Assembly: GCA_016218575.1 (NCBI GenBank)
Contig: JACRDN010000016.1
Span: 129,306 to 193,305 of the forward strand
Direction of reading: 5' to 3'
DNA length: 64,000 bases
Source of the DNA: Elusimicrobiota bacterium
GTDB lineage: Bacteria; Elusimicrobiota; Elusimicrobia; UBA1565; UBA9628
A program made the position numbers and the translations under genes. Under the pieces are notes generated by a model. That model worked only from the letters and a program-made list of their open reading frames with translations, made no database searches and was not told the DNA's origin. Positions 56,444 through 64,000 of the stretch are shown here, one piece after another. The stretch's first letter is position 1; each line of letters opens with the position of its first letter.

Positions 56444-57261
56444 TTTCTCCCCTCCAACTCGACCACCGCCGCGTTGTACTCCTGAGCGGAGGCGTTGCGG
56501 TAATGCCAAAGAAGCTTGTCTTCCATGAAGCTGACCCCCTTGCCCTTCACCGTGTGGGCCACCACGCAGGAGGGTCTGCCCGGCTCGAAGGGCGCCTTTC
56601 TAAGCGTCTCGTCTATGAGGCCGAGGTCATGCCCATCGATCTCGCGCACGGCCCAGCGGAAGCCCTCCCATTTCTTGGCGAATGGGTCGAGATCGAGGAC
56701 CTCCTTGGTGCGGCCAAGGCTCTGGATCTTGTTGTAGTCCACGATCGCCACCAGATTGTCCAAACCGTGATGCCCAGCGAACAGCGCCGCTTCCCAGGTC
56801 GAGCCCTCGTCGCACTCCCCATCGCTCAAGAGGCAGAAAACCCGGTGCTTGGCGCGATCCCTCTTGGCGGCGAGCGCCATGCCGCAGGCGATCGGAAGCC
56901 CGTGCCCCAGGGAGCCGGTGGAAACCTCGATCCCGGGCACGCCATGGGTGGAATGCCCGTGGAGCCTGCCGCCGTTGCGGTAAAAAGTCTCAAGCCATTC
57001 CACCGGGAAGAAGCCCTTCCGAGCCAGCGCCGCGTAGAGGCCGGCGCAGGCATGTCCCTTGCTCAGAATGAAGCGGTCGCGGCTCTTCCACTTGGGCTTG
57101 GCGGGGTCCACCTTGAGCACCCCTCCGTAAAGCGCGGCCAGAAGATCCGCCATGGAAAGAGACCCGCCCACGTGGGCGCTGGACGCGAAATGAGTCATTT
57201 TCACGGAAGTCAGCCGTATGAAACGGGCCAACTCCTCGAGCTCGGAGATCCTGTCAGCCAT
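56440..57261 (-). CDS. Transketolase-like, N-terminal TPP-binding subunit
   Basis: HVGGSLS, DRFILSKGH, STGSLGHGL, SDGECDEG..WEA, HTVKGKG. Confidence 0.92.
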   Translation of the reverse strand: MADRISELEELARFIRLTSVKMTHFASSAHVGGSLSMADLLAALYGGVLKVDPAKPKWKSRDRFILSKGHACAGLYAALARKGFFPVEWLETFYRNGGRLHGHSTHGVPGIEVSTGSLGHGLPIACGMALAAKRDRAKHRVFCLLSDGECDEGSTWEAALFAGHHGLDNLVAIVDYNKIQSLGRTKEVLDLDPFAKKWEGFRWAVREIDGHDLGLIDETLRKAPFEPGRPSCVVAHTVKGKGVSFMEDKLLWHYRNASAQEYNAAVVELEGRK

Positions 57262-57263
57262 GT

Positions 57264-57854
57264 TTATTGCGCGATCGCCGTTATCGTCTTGAATATAAGC
57301 TTGAGGTCCACCCATAGATTGTGATTGTCCACGTATTCCAACCCCAGCCGTATTTTTTCCGGCTGTATCAGCGCTTTATAGGCCTTGTGCGGATCCGACT
57401 GCCCCTTGAGGATTTCGCCTTCATTGCGGAAGCGAATCGAGGAATAATCCGTGATCCCGGGCCGAACCGTCAACAGCCGGCGGGTCGATTCATCATACTC
57501 GGCGACTTCGGAAGGCACCTCTGGGCGCGGGCCCACGAAACTCATCTCTCCGACGAAAACGTTCCAAAACTGCGGCAGCTCATCGAATTTATACCGGCGC
57601 AGCAAAGCCCCGATGCGGGTGAGCCGCGGGTCGTCGGACGAAGTGGACGGGCCGCCGATTTTATCGGCGTTTTCCACCATCGTGCGGAACTTCAAGATGC
57701 GAAACGGCCTGCCGTTGAGCCCTATCCGCGAGCCTCGATAAAAAACGGACCCCGGCGACCCCAATTTTATCAGCAGCGCGACCGCAAAAAAAACGGGGGA
57801 AAGGATCGTCAACGCAGCCAAGGAAAAAAAGGCGTCAAAGAGTCGTTTAGACAC
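57264..57854 (-). CDS. Initiating phosphoglycosyl transferase (PglC/WcaJ small type)
   Basis: KRLFD, KFRTM, DDPRLTRIG, DELPQ.WNV..GEMS.VGPRP, RPGIT. Confidence 0.93.
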   Translation of the reverse strand: MSKRLFDAFFSLAALTILSPVFFAVALLIKLGSPGSVFYRGSRIGLNGRPFRILKFRTMVENADKIGGPSTSSDDPRLTRIGALLRRYKFDELPQFWNVFVGEMSFVGPRPEVPSEVAEYDESTRRLLTVRPGITDYSSIRFRNEGEILKGQSDPHKAYKALIQPEKIRLGLEYVDNHNLWVDLKLIFKTITAIAQ

Positions 57855-57875
57855 TTCGCGCGATTATATCATTTT

Positions 57876-59081
57876 TCAACATTTTAGAGACGGCTCGGGC
57901 ACGGGCAGGCCCAGGTCCTGAAGGGCTTTCGGCACGATCAGCCTCTCGTCAAAGTCCCGCATCGCTTTCATGCGCGAATAACGCCCCAATTCCGCCCGCA
58001 AAACGTCGTCGGCCATGACCCGCTCGATCGCGTCGGCCAACGCCCGCGAATCCTTGATCGGGACGAGAAAGCCGTTTCTCCCTTCCTCCACGGCGCCGCG
58101 GCAGTCCTCGCTGGTCGTCGTGATGACGGGCTTGCCCATGGCCATGGGCTCCAGGAGTCCGCGCGGATAGCCGCCCTCCCTGTAGTAGGTCGGCAGCACG
58201 GCCAAATCGGCTATGGCGTAAAAGCTCTTCACGTCGCTTTGAAAGCCAAGCCATCTGAAATTCGCCCTTTTTTCCATTTCCCGCGCGAAGGATTCCGGGA
58301 CCGCGTCCCGGCTGTCCGGCTCCAGGGGCGCGACGAGAATGAATTTGAGTTCCGGACGCTTTCCCCTGAGCCGCTCCGCCGCCTCGGCGAACTCGCGGAC
58401 TCCCTTCTGCCAAATCATCCGCCCCACCATGACCACGGCTCTCTCGGCGGGCCTCAGCCCGCAAAGGGCCTTCGCCGCCTCCCGGCGCCGCTCGCCCACC
58501 AGCTCCACCGCGTACTCGCCGGTGTCGAGATAATTGCGGCTCAAAACCGTGTTCTCCTCCCGGATCAAGCCCTGCTGGACGAAAAACGCGCGGTCGCGGG
58601 CGTTGGTGAACCACGCCCTTCGGCTCCAGCGGCAGGCCAGGCGGTAGAGGCTCATGAAGGCCCGGCGCGTGATCTTCCCTCTGAGGTCCGCGCGGCTCTC
58701 GAAGCCGGAACCCAAGCCCACCACGTGCATGCACACCAACCCAACCCCGGCGCCCTTGGCCGCGAGCGCCCCGTAGATGTTCTGCTTGGTGCAGAAGTTC
58801 AGGACCGCGTCGAACTCGCGCCGACGCATGACGCGCCAGAGGCGCCAAAGATATTTCAAGTCCTCCCAGGGACTCAGCCACCGGTACATGGGAACCGACA
58901 CGCATGAAGCCCCCAACGCCTCGATTTCCTCCCCGTGGACCCCGGTCTCGCACACGACGAAGACTTTCGCGTTCGGAATCCGGAGCAAGGACCCGATCAT
59001 CCCCTTGCAGAACAAAACCACGGAGAGCCCGTCCGGGCAAACGAGGGCGATATTGAAGGGCCGGGGAACGGCCGAGGTCAT
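57876..59081 (-). CDS. GT4 glycosyltransferase (PglA/CapM-like)
   Basis: KQNIYG, GLGSGF, VGRMIWQKGVREF, YREGGYPRGLLEPMAMGKPVI. Confidence 0.9.
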   Translation of the reverse strand: MTSAVPRPFNIALVCPDGLSVVLFCKGMIGSLLRIPNAKVFVVCETGVHGEEIEALGASCVSVPMYRWLSPWEDLKYLWRLWRVMRRREFDAVLNFCTKQNIYGALAAKGAGVGLVCMHVVGLGSGFESRADLRGKITRRAFMSLYRLACRWSRRAWFTNARDRAFFVQQGLIREENTVLSRNYLDTGEYAVELVGERRREAAKALCGLRPAERAVVMVGRMIWQKGVREFAEAAERLRGKRPELKFILVAPLEPDSRDAVPESFAREMEKRANFRWLGFQSDVKSFYAIADLAVLPTYYREGGYPRGLLEPMAMGKPVITTTSEDCRGAVEEGRNGFLVPIKDSRALADAIERVMADDVLRAELGRYSRMKAMRDFDERLIVPKALQDLGLPVPEPSLKC

Positions 59082-59740
59082 TTCTCGAGGACCAAAAGGG
59101 CGTGCGAAGAGAGAACCGGCGCCACCATGAAGGCGCGCGCCACGCGAAGTCCTTGAGATCGGCACTCGCCCATGACCTCCTCCAGCGGGGCCGGGCAGGG
59201 GGCGGGCACGTGGCCGGGCGTGAGCCGCGACAGGAGGAAATGCTTCAGGCGCTGGAGGGGCGTGTCCACGCTGCAGCTCACGATCACCACTCTATTAGAC
59301 AAAGCGCTAATCTCGCGCAACGCGGCGCGCTTAACCTCGCGAGGAACGCGGTGCAGGAATCCCAAGGTGACGACGCACGCAAAGGAGCCCCTGGGGAAGG
59401 GGGTGGCGGTGATGTCGGCCCGGACGCAGGCCTCCAACCGGCCGCCCGGATATTCCTCCCGGGCCAAGCTCATCATCTCGGAAGATATGTCGCTGGCCAC
59501 AATCTTGAAAGGGAAGCGGCGCAAGACCTTGCCCAGGATGCCGGTCCCGCAAGGGATGTCCAGCAATTGGTCCGAGGAACTCCACCGGTACCGCCCCAGC
59601 TCCCTGGCAATCGCCCTCTGCTCCAGGCAAGTGACGAATCTCGCCCAAGTCCAATCCTTGGTCTGGTGCTTTCTGTACTCGGCCGCCCTCGCGGAGGTGA
59701 GATACGCGTCGCGCGTGCTTCTTTCGTAATCCATCGCCAT
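59078..59740 (-). CDS. Class I SAM-dependent methyltransferase
   Basis: LLDIPCGTG, ASDISSEM, SFACVVTLGFLH. Confidence 0.85.
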   Translation of the reverse strand: MAMDYERSTRDAYLTSARAAEYRKHQTKDWTWARFVTCLEQRAIARELGRYRWSSSDQLLDIPCGTGILGKVLRRFPFKIVASDISSEMMSLAREEYPGGRLEACVRADITATPFPRGSFACVVTLGFLHRVPREVKRAALREISALSNRVVIVSCSVDTPLQRLKHFLLSRLTPGHVPAPCPAPLEEVMGECRSQGLRVARAFMVAPVLSSHALLVLEK

Positions 59741-59743
59741 GGC

Positions 59744-60817
59744 CTACCCTCGGAAGTCCTGCTCCAATTGTAGTGAAATTTGGCGGCTATAGAAAGGGGT
59801 CACATAAACGCGGGCCGCCATGGCCTTGACCCACGGCGCCCAACGCCTCCGCCGTAGGGAGTCCAGGGCGGTCCGCCAGTGCTTGAGCTGCTCTTTGAGC
59901 AGGAACAGCTTGAACAGCTGCGGGCATCCGGCTCGAGATTGAGCGTAGTACGCGCTCAGAAAGGCCTCCTCGGCCCCGCGGTCCGGCTCCCTCAACACCG
60001 GCAAGGACTTGCTGCCCCAATACAGGATGCGGTATGTCGTCAGGAACCGCGCCAAATCCGCCTCTCGATAAGCGATTTTCATCTTGCCGGGATCCAGGAG
60101 AAACAGGGCGTCTCCGGAGCCGACCAAGACGTTGCGCACGTCCAAACCCTTGAGAGTCGGCACCTTGCCGCTTGGGCGCTCGAAGCCGTTCATGGATCTC
60201 AACTTCTTCAAAACACGCATCAACAAAGGACTGCCCGTGTCGGAGGATAGGTCCTCGCAATAACGCTCGAGCTTGGGCATCTCATCGGACAGGAGAAAAA
60301 CCCCGTCGCTGTAATTGGACCGGTGAAAGCGCCCCAAGGCGGCGCCCAGCCGAGACATAAGACCTCGCAGCCGTTCGCCCTCCCCGTGAAAGCCAAGCCG
60401 CCGGCGGATGTCCAATCGGCGAAAGACGGCCGTCGCGTCATCCCCGCGAACGCGATCCGTGACGATCGCGTTATATTCCGGAACGACTCCGCGAATCTTG
60501 ACCCAACGCACCTGCCAGTCGCCGTTCCAGCCCCGCTCCAGCAGCCTCAAGCTCCTTTCTTCTTCCTGGGCCATCCGCCTGTCCTCCGGAGTGATGGGAA
60601 GAATCTCGGGAGTTCCGCGCACGTCCGTCTTGGGAATCTTGACGAACACATCCCGAGGGCCTGAACGAGCCGCCGCCTTGACCCTGAAGGTGAAGGAAAA
60701 ATAATTAGCCTCCAGAGGGCCTATTTCCACGTCGCCGGCGCCTGCCTCGGCCCCCAAGACATCCCGAACCACCTGCGATCCCAGCAGGCGATGGACGCGA
60801 GCGTTGGCCGGAGTCAT
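59744..60817 (-). CDS. Kinase-like (APH/Kdo-kinase fold) protein with atypical catalytic loop
   Basis: VFVKIP, helix-C EE, LGRFH, KGLDVRNVLV, LLDPG, DLARF. Confidence 0.6.
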   Translation of the reverse strand: MTPANARVHRLLGSQVVRDVLGAEAGAGDVEIGPLEANYFSFTFRVKAAARSGPRDVFVKIPKTDVRGTPEILPITPEDRRMAQEEERSLRLLERGWNGDWQVRWVKIRGVVPEYNAIVTDRVRGDDATAVFRRLDIRRRLGFHGEGERLRGLMSRLGAALGRFHRSNYSDGVFLLSDEMPKLERYCEDLSSDTGSPLLMRVLKKLRSMNGFERPSGKVPTLKGLDVRNVLVGSGDALFLLDPGKMKIAYREADLARFLTTYRILYWGSKSLPVLREPDRGAEEAFLSAYYAQSRAGCPQLFKLFLLKEQLKHWRTALDSLRRRRWAPWVKAMAARVYVTPFYSRQISLQLEQDFRG

Positions 60818-62739
60818 CGCAGCCAGCGCTCCGCCCACATCTGGAAATTAAGCATCAGCATCACTTTTTCGGCGCGCCCGCCCCGATACTTGTAAAAAGA
60901 GTCCAATTCGCGCCTGGCCGCGCGCTCGTCCAATATCCCCACGCGCCGGATGCTGTCGGGAGAGAGATAGTCCAAGGCCAGGGGCTTCCAAGGCCCCCTC
61001 AGCCAGTCGTAAAGCGGAATGGAAAAGCCCCTCTTGGGGGAGTTGAGCACGGCCTGGGAAATCCAGGGGCTCACGGCGGCCTTGAGCACCCGCTTATGCG
61101 TCCCGTTCTCATAAAGATAGTCGAGAGGCAGGGAGAACGCGAACTCGACCAAGCGATGGTCCAGGAAAGGGTCCCGGCACTCTAGCCCCACGGCCATGGA
61201 AGCGCGGTCCACCTTGCAGAGGATGTCCTCGCCGAGGAAAGCGGACAGGTCCGCGCGCATCATGCGATCGATCAGCCCCCTTTCGCCGTCCCGGGACGTC
61301 TGCCCGAACTCGGCCCCTCGGGCAAAGCCCCCGTTCCCCGTGCCCAGGATATCCCCCACGCTCCGCGCGGTCCAGCCCTTCTCATTGCTGATCCGGATGA
61401 GGTCGTCGTGGCCTCGCACGGGCAGGAGATCGAGCATTTTCTCGTAGCGGGCCGCGGTCTGCGGGTTCCAGCGCGAGCCCTCGCGCAGCGCGAGAGCCGC
61501 CGAGATAAGAGACCGGTAGGGCAGGCGGCGCAGGGCAGCCGAGAGGATCGACCGCAAGGGCGCGGGGAAACGGCTCAGGCGGCGGTAGCGCGCCTCGTAG
61601 GCGGGGTAGCTCTCGTAGCCGCAGAACAGCTCGTCTCCCCCATCGGCGGAAAGGACCACCTTGACCCTCTCCCGCGCCAGGGCGCAGACCATGGAGGTGG
61701 GAATGCCGGAGGCGTCGCCGAAGGGCTCGTCCCATATCTCCACGAAGCGCAGGAGCGCCTCCTGGGCCTGTACGGCGCTCAAGGTCCTCACCGTGTGCCT
61801 GAGGTCCAGATCCCGCGCCACGCGGCGGGCCTTGGGAGACTCGTCATAGGCCGGTTCGTCGAAGCCGATGGTGATGTGCTCCAAGTCCGCGCCCGCCCGC
61901 CTCTTCAAGAACGCGGCCAAAAACGACGAGTCCACGCCCCCGGAGAGAAAAACCCCGACGGGCACATCGGAGACCAGGCGATAGGAGAAGGCGCTGTCGC
62001 AAAGGGTGGAGAGCTCCTCCACGGCCCTCGCGAAGGTGCCGGAGTAGGAGCCCCTCTCGACCCCATCCAGGCTCCAGTAGCGCCAAAGGCGCGCCCCGCC
62101 GTCCGCCTCCACGCGCAAACAGTGCCCCGCCGGCAGCTTGAAGGAGTTCTTGTAAACCGTGGCTTCTCCCAAGGTGTAGCCGAAGCGGAAAAATTGCTCC
62201 AAGCCCTTAGGCAAAAGCTCGCGCCGGAAATCGGGATGGGCGTAAAGGGCCTTGAGCTCGGAGCCGAACAAGAGGCCCTTGGCGGTCTTCTGGTAATAGA
62301 GAGGCTTGACGCCCAGGCGGTCCCGGACCAAGGTGAGGGCTTGGGCGCGCGCGTCCCACAGGGCGAAGGCGAACATCCCGATGAAGCGCTCCAAGGCCGC
62401 CTCGAGGCCCCAGCGGTGGACGGCGTTGAGGACCACCTCGGTGTCCGTGCCTCCCGCGAAGCGGTAGCCCGCGGCCTCGAGCTCGGGGCGGATCTCGCGG
62501 TAGTTGTAGACCTCTCCGTTGAAGACGATGGCCAGAGCCTTGTCCTCGCTCCACATGGGCTGGCGGCCCGCAGGCGAGAGGTCGAGTATGGATAACCGGC
62601 GGTGGGCGAGTCCCAAGCGGCCCTCGCAGTGCAGGCCCTGATCATCCGGCCCGCGATGGACCAAGGCGTCGGCCATGGCGCGCAGGGCCGCCGCGTTGGC
62701 CGGCGCGCCGAAGCTGAGCTCCCCCGCTATGCCGCACAT
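60814..62739 (-). CDS. asnB: Asparagine-synthetase-like glutamine amidotransferase
   Basis: MCGIAG, HRGPD, HRRLSILD, FNGEVYN, RDRLGVKPL, FLSGGVDSS, DGGDELFCGY, KVDRASMA. In this context probably a sugar amidotransferase. Confidence 0.9.
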   Translation of the reverse strand: MCGIAGELSFGAPANAAALRAMADALVHRGPDDQGLHCEGRLGLAHRRLSILDLSPAGRQPMWSEDKALAIVFNGEVYNYREIRPELEAAGYRFAGGTDTEVVLNAVHRWGLEAALERFIGMFAFALWDARAQALTLVRDRLGVKPLYYQKTAKGLLFGSELKALYAHPDFRRELLPKGLEQFFRFGYTLGEATVYKNSFKLPAGHCLRVEADGGARLWRYWSLDGVERGSYSGTFARAVEELSTLCDSAFSYRLVSDVPVGVFLSGGVDSSFLAAFLKRRAGADLEHITIGFDEPAYDESPKARRVARDLDLRHTVRTLSAVQAQEALLRFVEIWDEPFGDASGIPTSMVCALARERVKVVLSADGGDELFCGYESYPAYEARYRRLSRFPAPLRSILSAALRRLPYRSLISAALALREGSRWNPQTAARYEKMLDLLPVRGHDDLIRISNEKGWTARSVGDILGTGNGGFARGAEFGQTSRDGERGLIDRMMRADLSAFLGEDILCKVDRASMAVGLECRDPFLDHRLVEFAFSLPLDYLYENGTHKRVLKAAVSPWISQAVLNSPKRGFSIPLYDWLRGPWKPLALDYLSPDSIRRVGILDERAARRELDSFYKYRGGRAEKVMLMLNFQMWAERWLR

Positions 62740-63947
62740 GCGCCGCAACCCCTCGCCATCTCCGCCCAAATCCCGGCCAAGCGCGCCACCTTGTCGTCAA
62801 CGAGGTAGCGGGAAAATACCGTGCGGCGGGCTTCCTGGCCGAGCCTGGCGCGCAGGCCGGGATCGGACAATAATTGCCGCCAACGCCGGGCCAGAGCCTC
62901 GACGTCCCCGGGAACCACGAGGCAGCCATTTTCCCCATCCTGGATGGCTTCCCGCAACCCGCCGACGGCCGAGGCGATCACGGGCTTGCCCAAGGCCATG
63001 GACTCGAGCACGGCTCGGCCGAAACCCTCGGCCAGGCTGGGATGGACGATGAAGTCCATGAGGCTGGCGATTTCAAGGGCGTCCTTGCGCCAGCCGGTGA
63101 AGACCACGCGCTCGGCGATGCCGAGCTTATCCGCCAAGGCCTCGAGCTCCCCTTTGTAGGACCGGTACTCGTCCACCACATGGTCGCCCACGAGGTAAAG
63201 CTTGAGCCGCGGGAACTCCCCTGCCAGACGCGCCAGGGCCTCCAGGGCGAAATGCTGGCCCTTGGGCCGGTAAAGCTGGGCCAGCACCGCGACGTTGAGG
63301 CTATCGGGGTCGATGCCGAGCTCCCGCCGGAGGGCCGAATGGTCCCGGCCCTCGACCTCATGAATCAGGGCCGGATCCATCCCTATGCGCAAAATGTCTA
63401 TCTTGCGCGAAAACCACCTCACCAGAAGCGGATAGCGGTCGTCGCGGTTGTGCGGGGCGAAGAACAGTATCTTGGAGGCCAGAACGAAGCAAATCCGATC
63501 TATGATGGGATTGGCGAGTTCGCCTTTGACGTAAAGAAGAGAGGGCACCCCGGCAAGCCTCGCCCCGACCCCAACGCACATCTGCGCGCGCACGCAGTTG
63601 GAGTAAATCACCTCGATGCCGCGCTCGCGCAGGAAGCGCCAGACCCGGAAATTGTAGCGGACCAGGTCCGCGGCGGATTTGAGCTTGGCCAAAGGGCCCG
63701 CCCTCAACAAGGCCTGGCCGTAGCGCCCCAGGGCTCCCGGGGGAGGGAGCACCACGCATTCGACTCCCATGGCCCGGAAGCGCTCGAGTGCTGCGCCCTC
63801 CATCGGCGCCACCACAATGGGATGGAATCGCTCCCGATCAAGGCGCTCAAGAATCAATCGCTGAGTCAGGAAATTGCCCCCCAATCCCATCGGATAGGGC
63901 TCGTAGAAGGCGGTCCGGACGGGGCCCATCATCTTTTCGGAGCTCAA
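62727..63947 (-). CDS. GT4 glycosyltransferase
   Basis: KGQHF, FTGWRKD, HPSLAEGFGRAVLESMALGKPVIAS.VGG. Confidence 0.92.
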   Translation of the reverse strand: MSSEKMMGPVRTAFYEPYPMGLGGNFLTQRLILERLDRERFHPIVVAPMEGAALERFRAMGVECVVLPPPGALGRYGQALLRAGPLAKLKSAADLVRYNFRVWRFLRERGIEVIYSNCVRAQMCVGVGARLAGVPSLLYVKGELANPIIDRICFVLASKILFFAPHNRDDRYPLLVRWFSRKIDILRIGMDPALIHEVEGRDHSALRRELGIDPDSLNVAVLAQLYRPKGQHFALEALARLAGEFPRLKLYLVGDHVVDEYRSYKGELEALADKLGIAERVVFTGWRKDALEIASLMDFIVHPSLAEGFGRAVLESMALGKPVIASAVGGLREAIQDGENGCLVVPGDVEALARRWRQLLSDPGLRARLGQEARRTVFSRYLVDDKVARLAGIWAEMARGCGACAA

Positions 63948-64000
63948 TGCCGCGTCGCCGCCGCGTTAAGTTCCGCCGGAGGCGAGAGCCCCGGGGCTTG
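63944..64000 (-). CDS. Probable 3' end of an upstream gene (runs off window end)
   Basis: Open frame QAPGLSPPAELNAAATRH* whose TGA overlaps the TTG start of the GT4 (TTGA junction). Confidence 0.4.
   Translation of the reverse strand, partial: QAPGLSPPAELNAAATRH

Noticed and set aside
60814..62739. AsnB as a lasso-peptide cyclase or housekeeping asparagine synthetase
   Set aside because: Intact Cys-initiated glutaminase domain, no precursor or B protein nearby, and glycosyltransferase context favour a sugar amidotransferase.
1357..62769. N-terminal extensions in the ORF track (starts such as 2607, 6496, 12349, 12836, 15416, 20903, 28802, 36277, 39325, 43816)
   Set aside because: They run through neighbouring genes or promoters; downstream starts with stop/start overlaps, RBS or signal peptides fit better.
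290..63759. Many long alternative-frame and antisense ORFs (e.g. 4635-6215, 7574-8509, 24037-25362, 32539-33861, 61408-62595)
   Set aside because: They overlap well-supported genes, are Arg/Pro/Gly-rich or motif-free, and are expected shadows in high-GC DNA.
1..64000. tRNA, rRNA, integrase, transposase or prophage genes
   Set aside because: Intergenic gaps are short and none showed recognisable signatures by eye; tRNAscan and Rfam were not run.

Overview
High-GC, densely coded chromosomal window from a diderm bacterium. Gene style suggests Elusimicrobiota, which is inference only. Left to right: (1) a minus-strand run of overlapping or closely spaced genes, pilMNOPQ followed by an O-antigen-ligase/O-OTase-like gene, two YfhO-type GT-C membrane proteins, a UPF0104 flippase-like gene, a methyltransferase and a GT4; (2) a divergent 7-gene inositol operon: HAD phosphatase, nucleotidyltransferase, ATP-grasp protein with ITPK1-like motifs, class-III aminotransferase, Gfo/Idh/MocA dehydrogenase, CDP-alcohol phosphotransferase, myo-inositol-1-phosphate synthase; (3) an M23 peptidase; (4) bamA-skp-lpxD-lpxC-fabZ-lpxA-lpxI-(gnnA-like)-lpxB-msbA-ZIP; (5) a C-terminally short rel, a GT-C-like membrane protein, rpmB/recG, a BSP-like peptidase, a toxin-like gene remnant, metH and coaD; (6) a cluster of secreted metallopeptidases; (7) the 3' part of a surface-polysaccharide locus with split transketolase, two aminotransferases, two methyltransferases, a kinase-like gene, AsnB-like amidotransferase, GT4s, a PglC-like gene and a PglF-like gene. 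The strongest candidate for an undescribed system is the inositol operon. Other notable signals are a twice-repeated 37-bp palindrome built on inverted DnaA-box-like half sites, repeated leaderless-type promoters, and a structured leader before pilM. No rRNA, tRNA, CRISPR array or intact mobile element was recognised. All family calls come from motif recognition by eye, not database searches.
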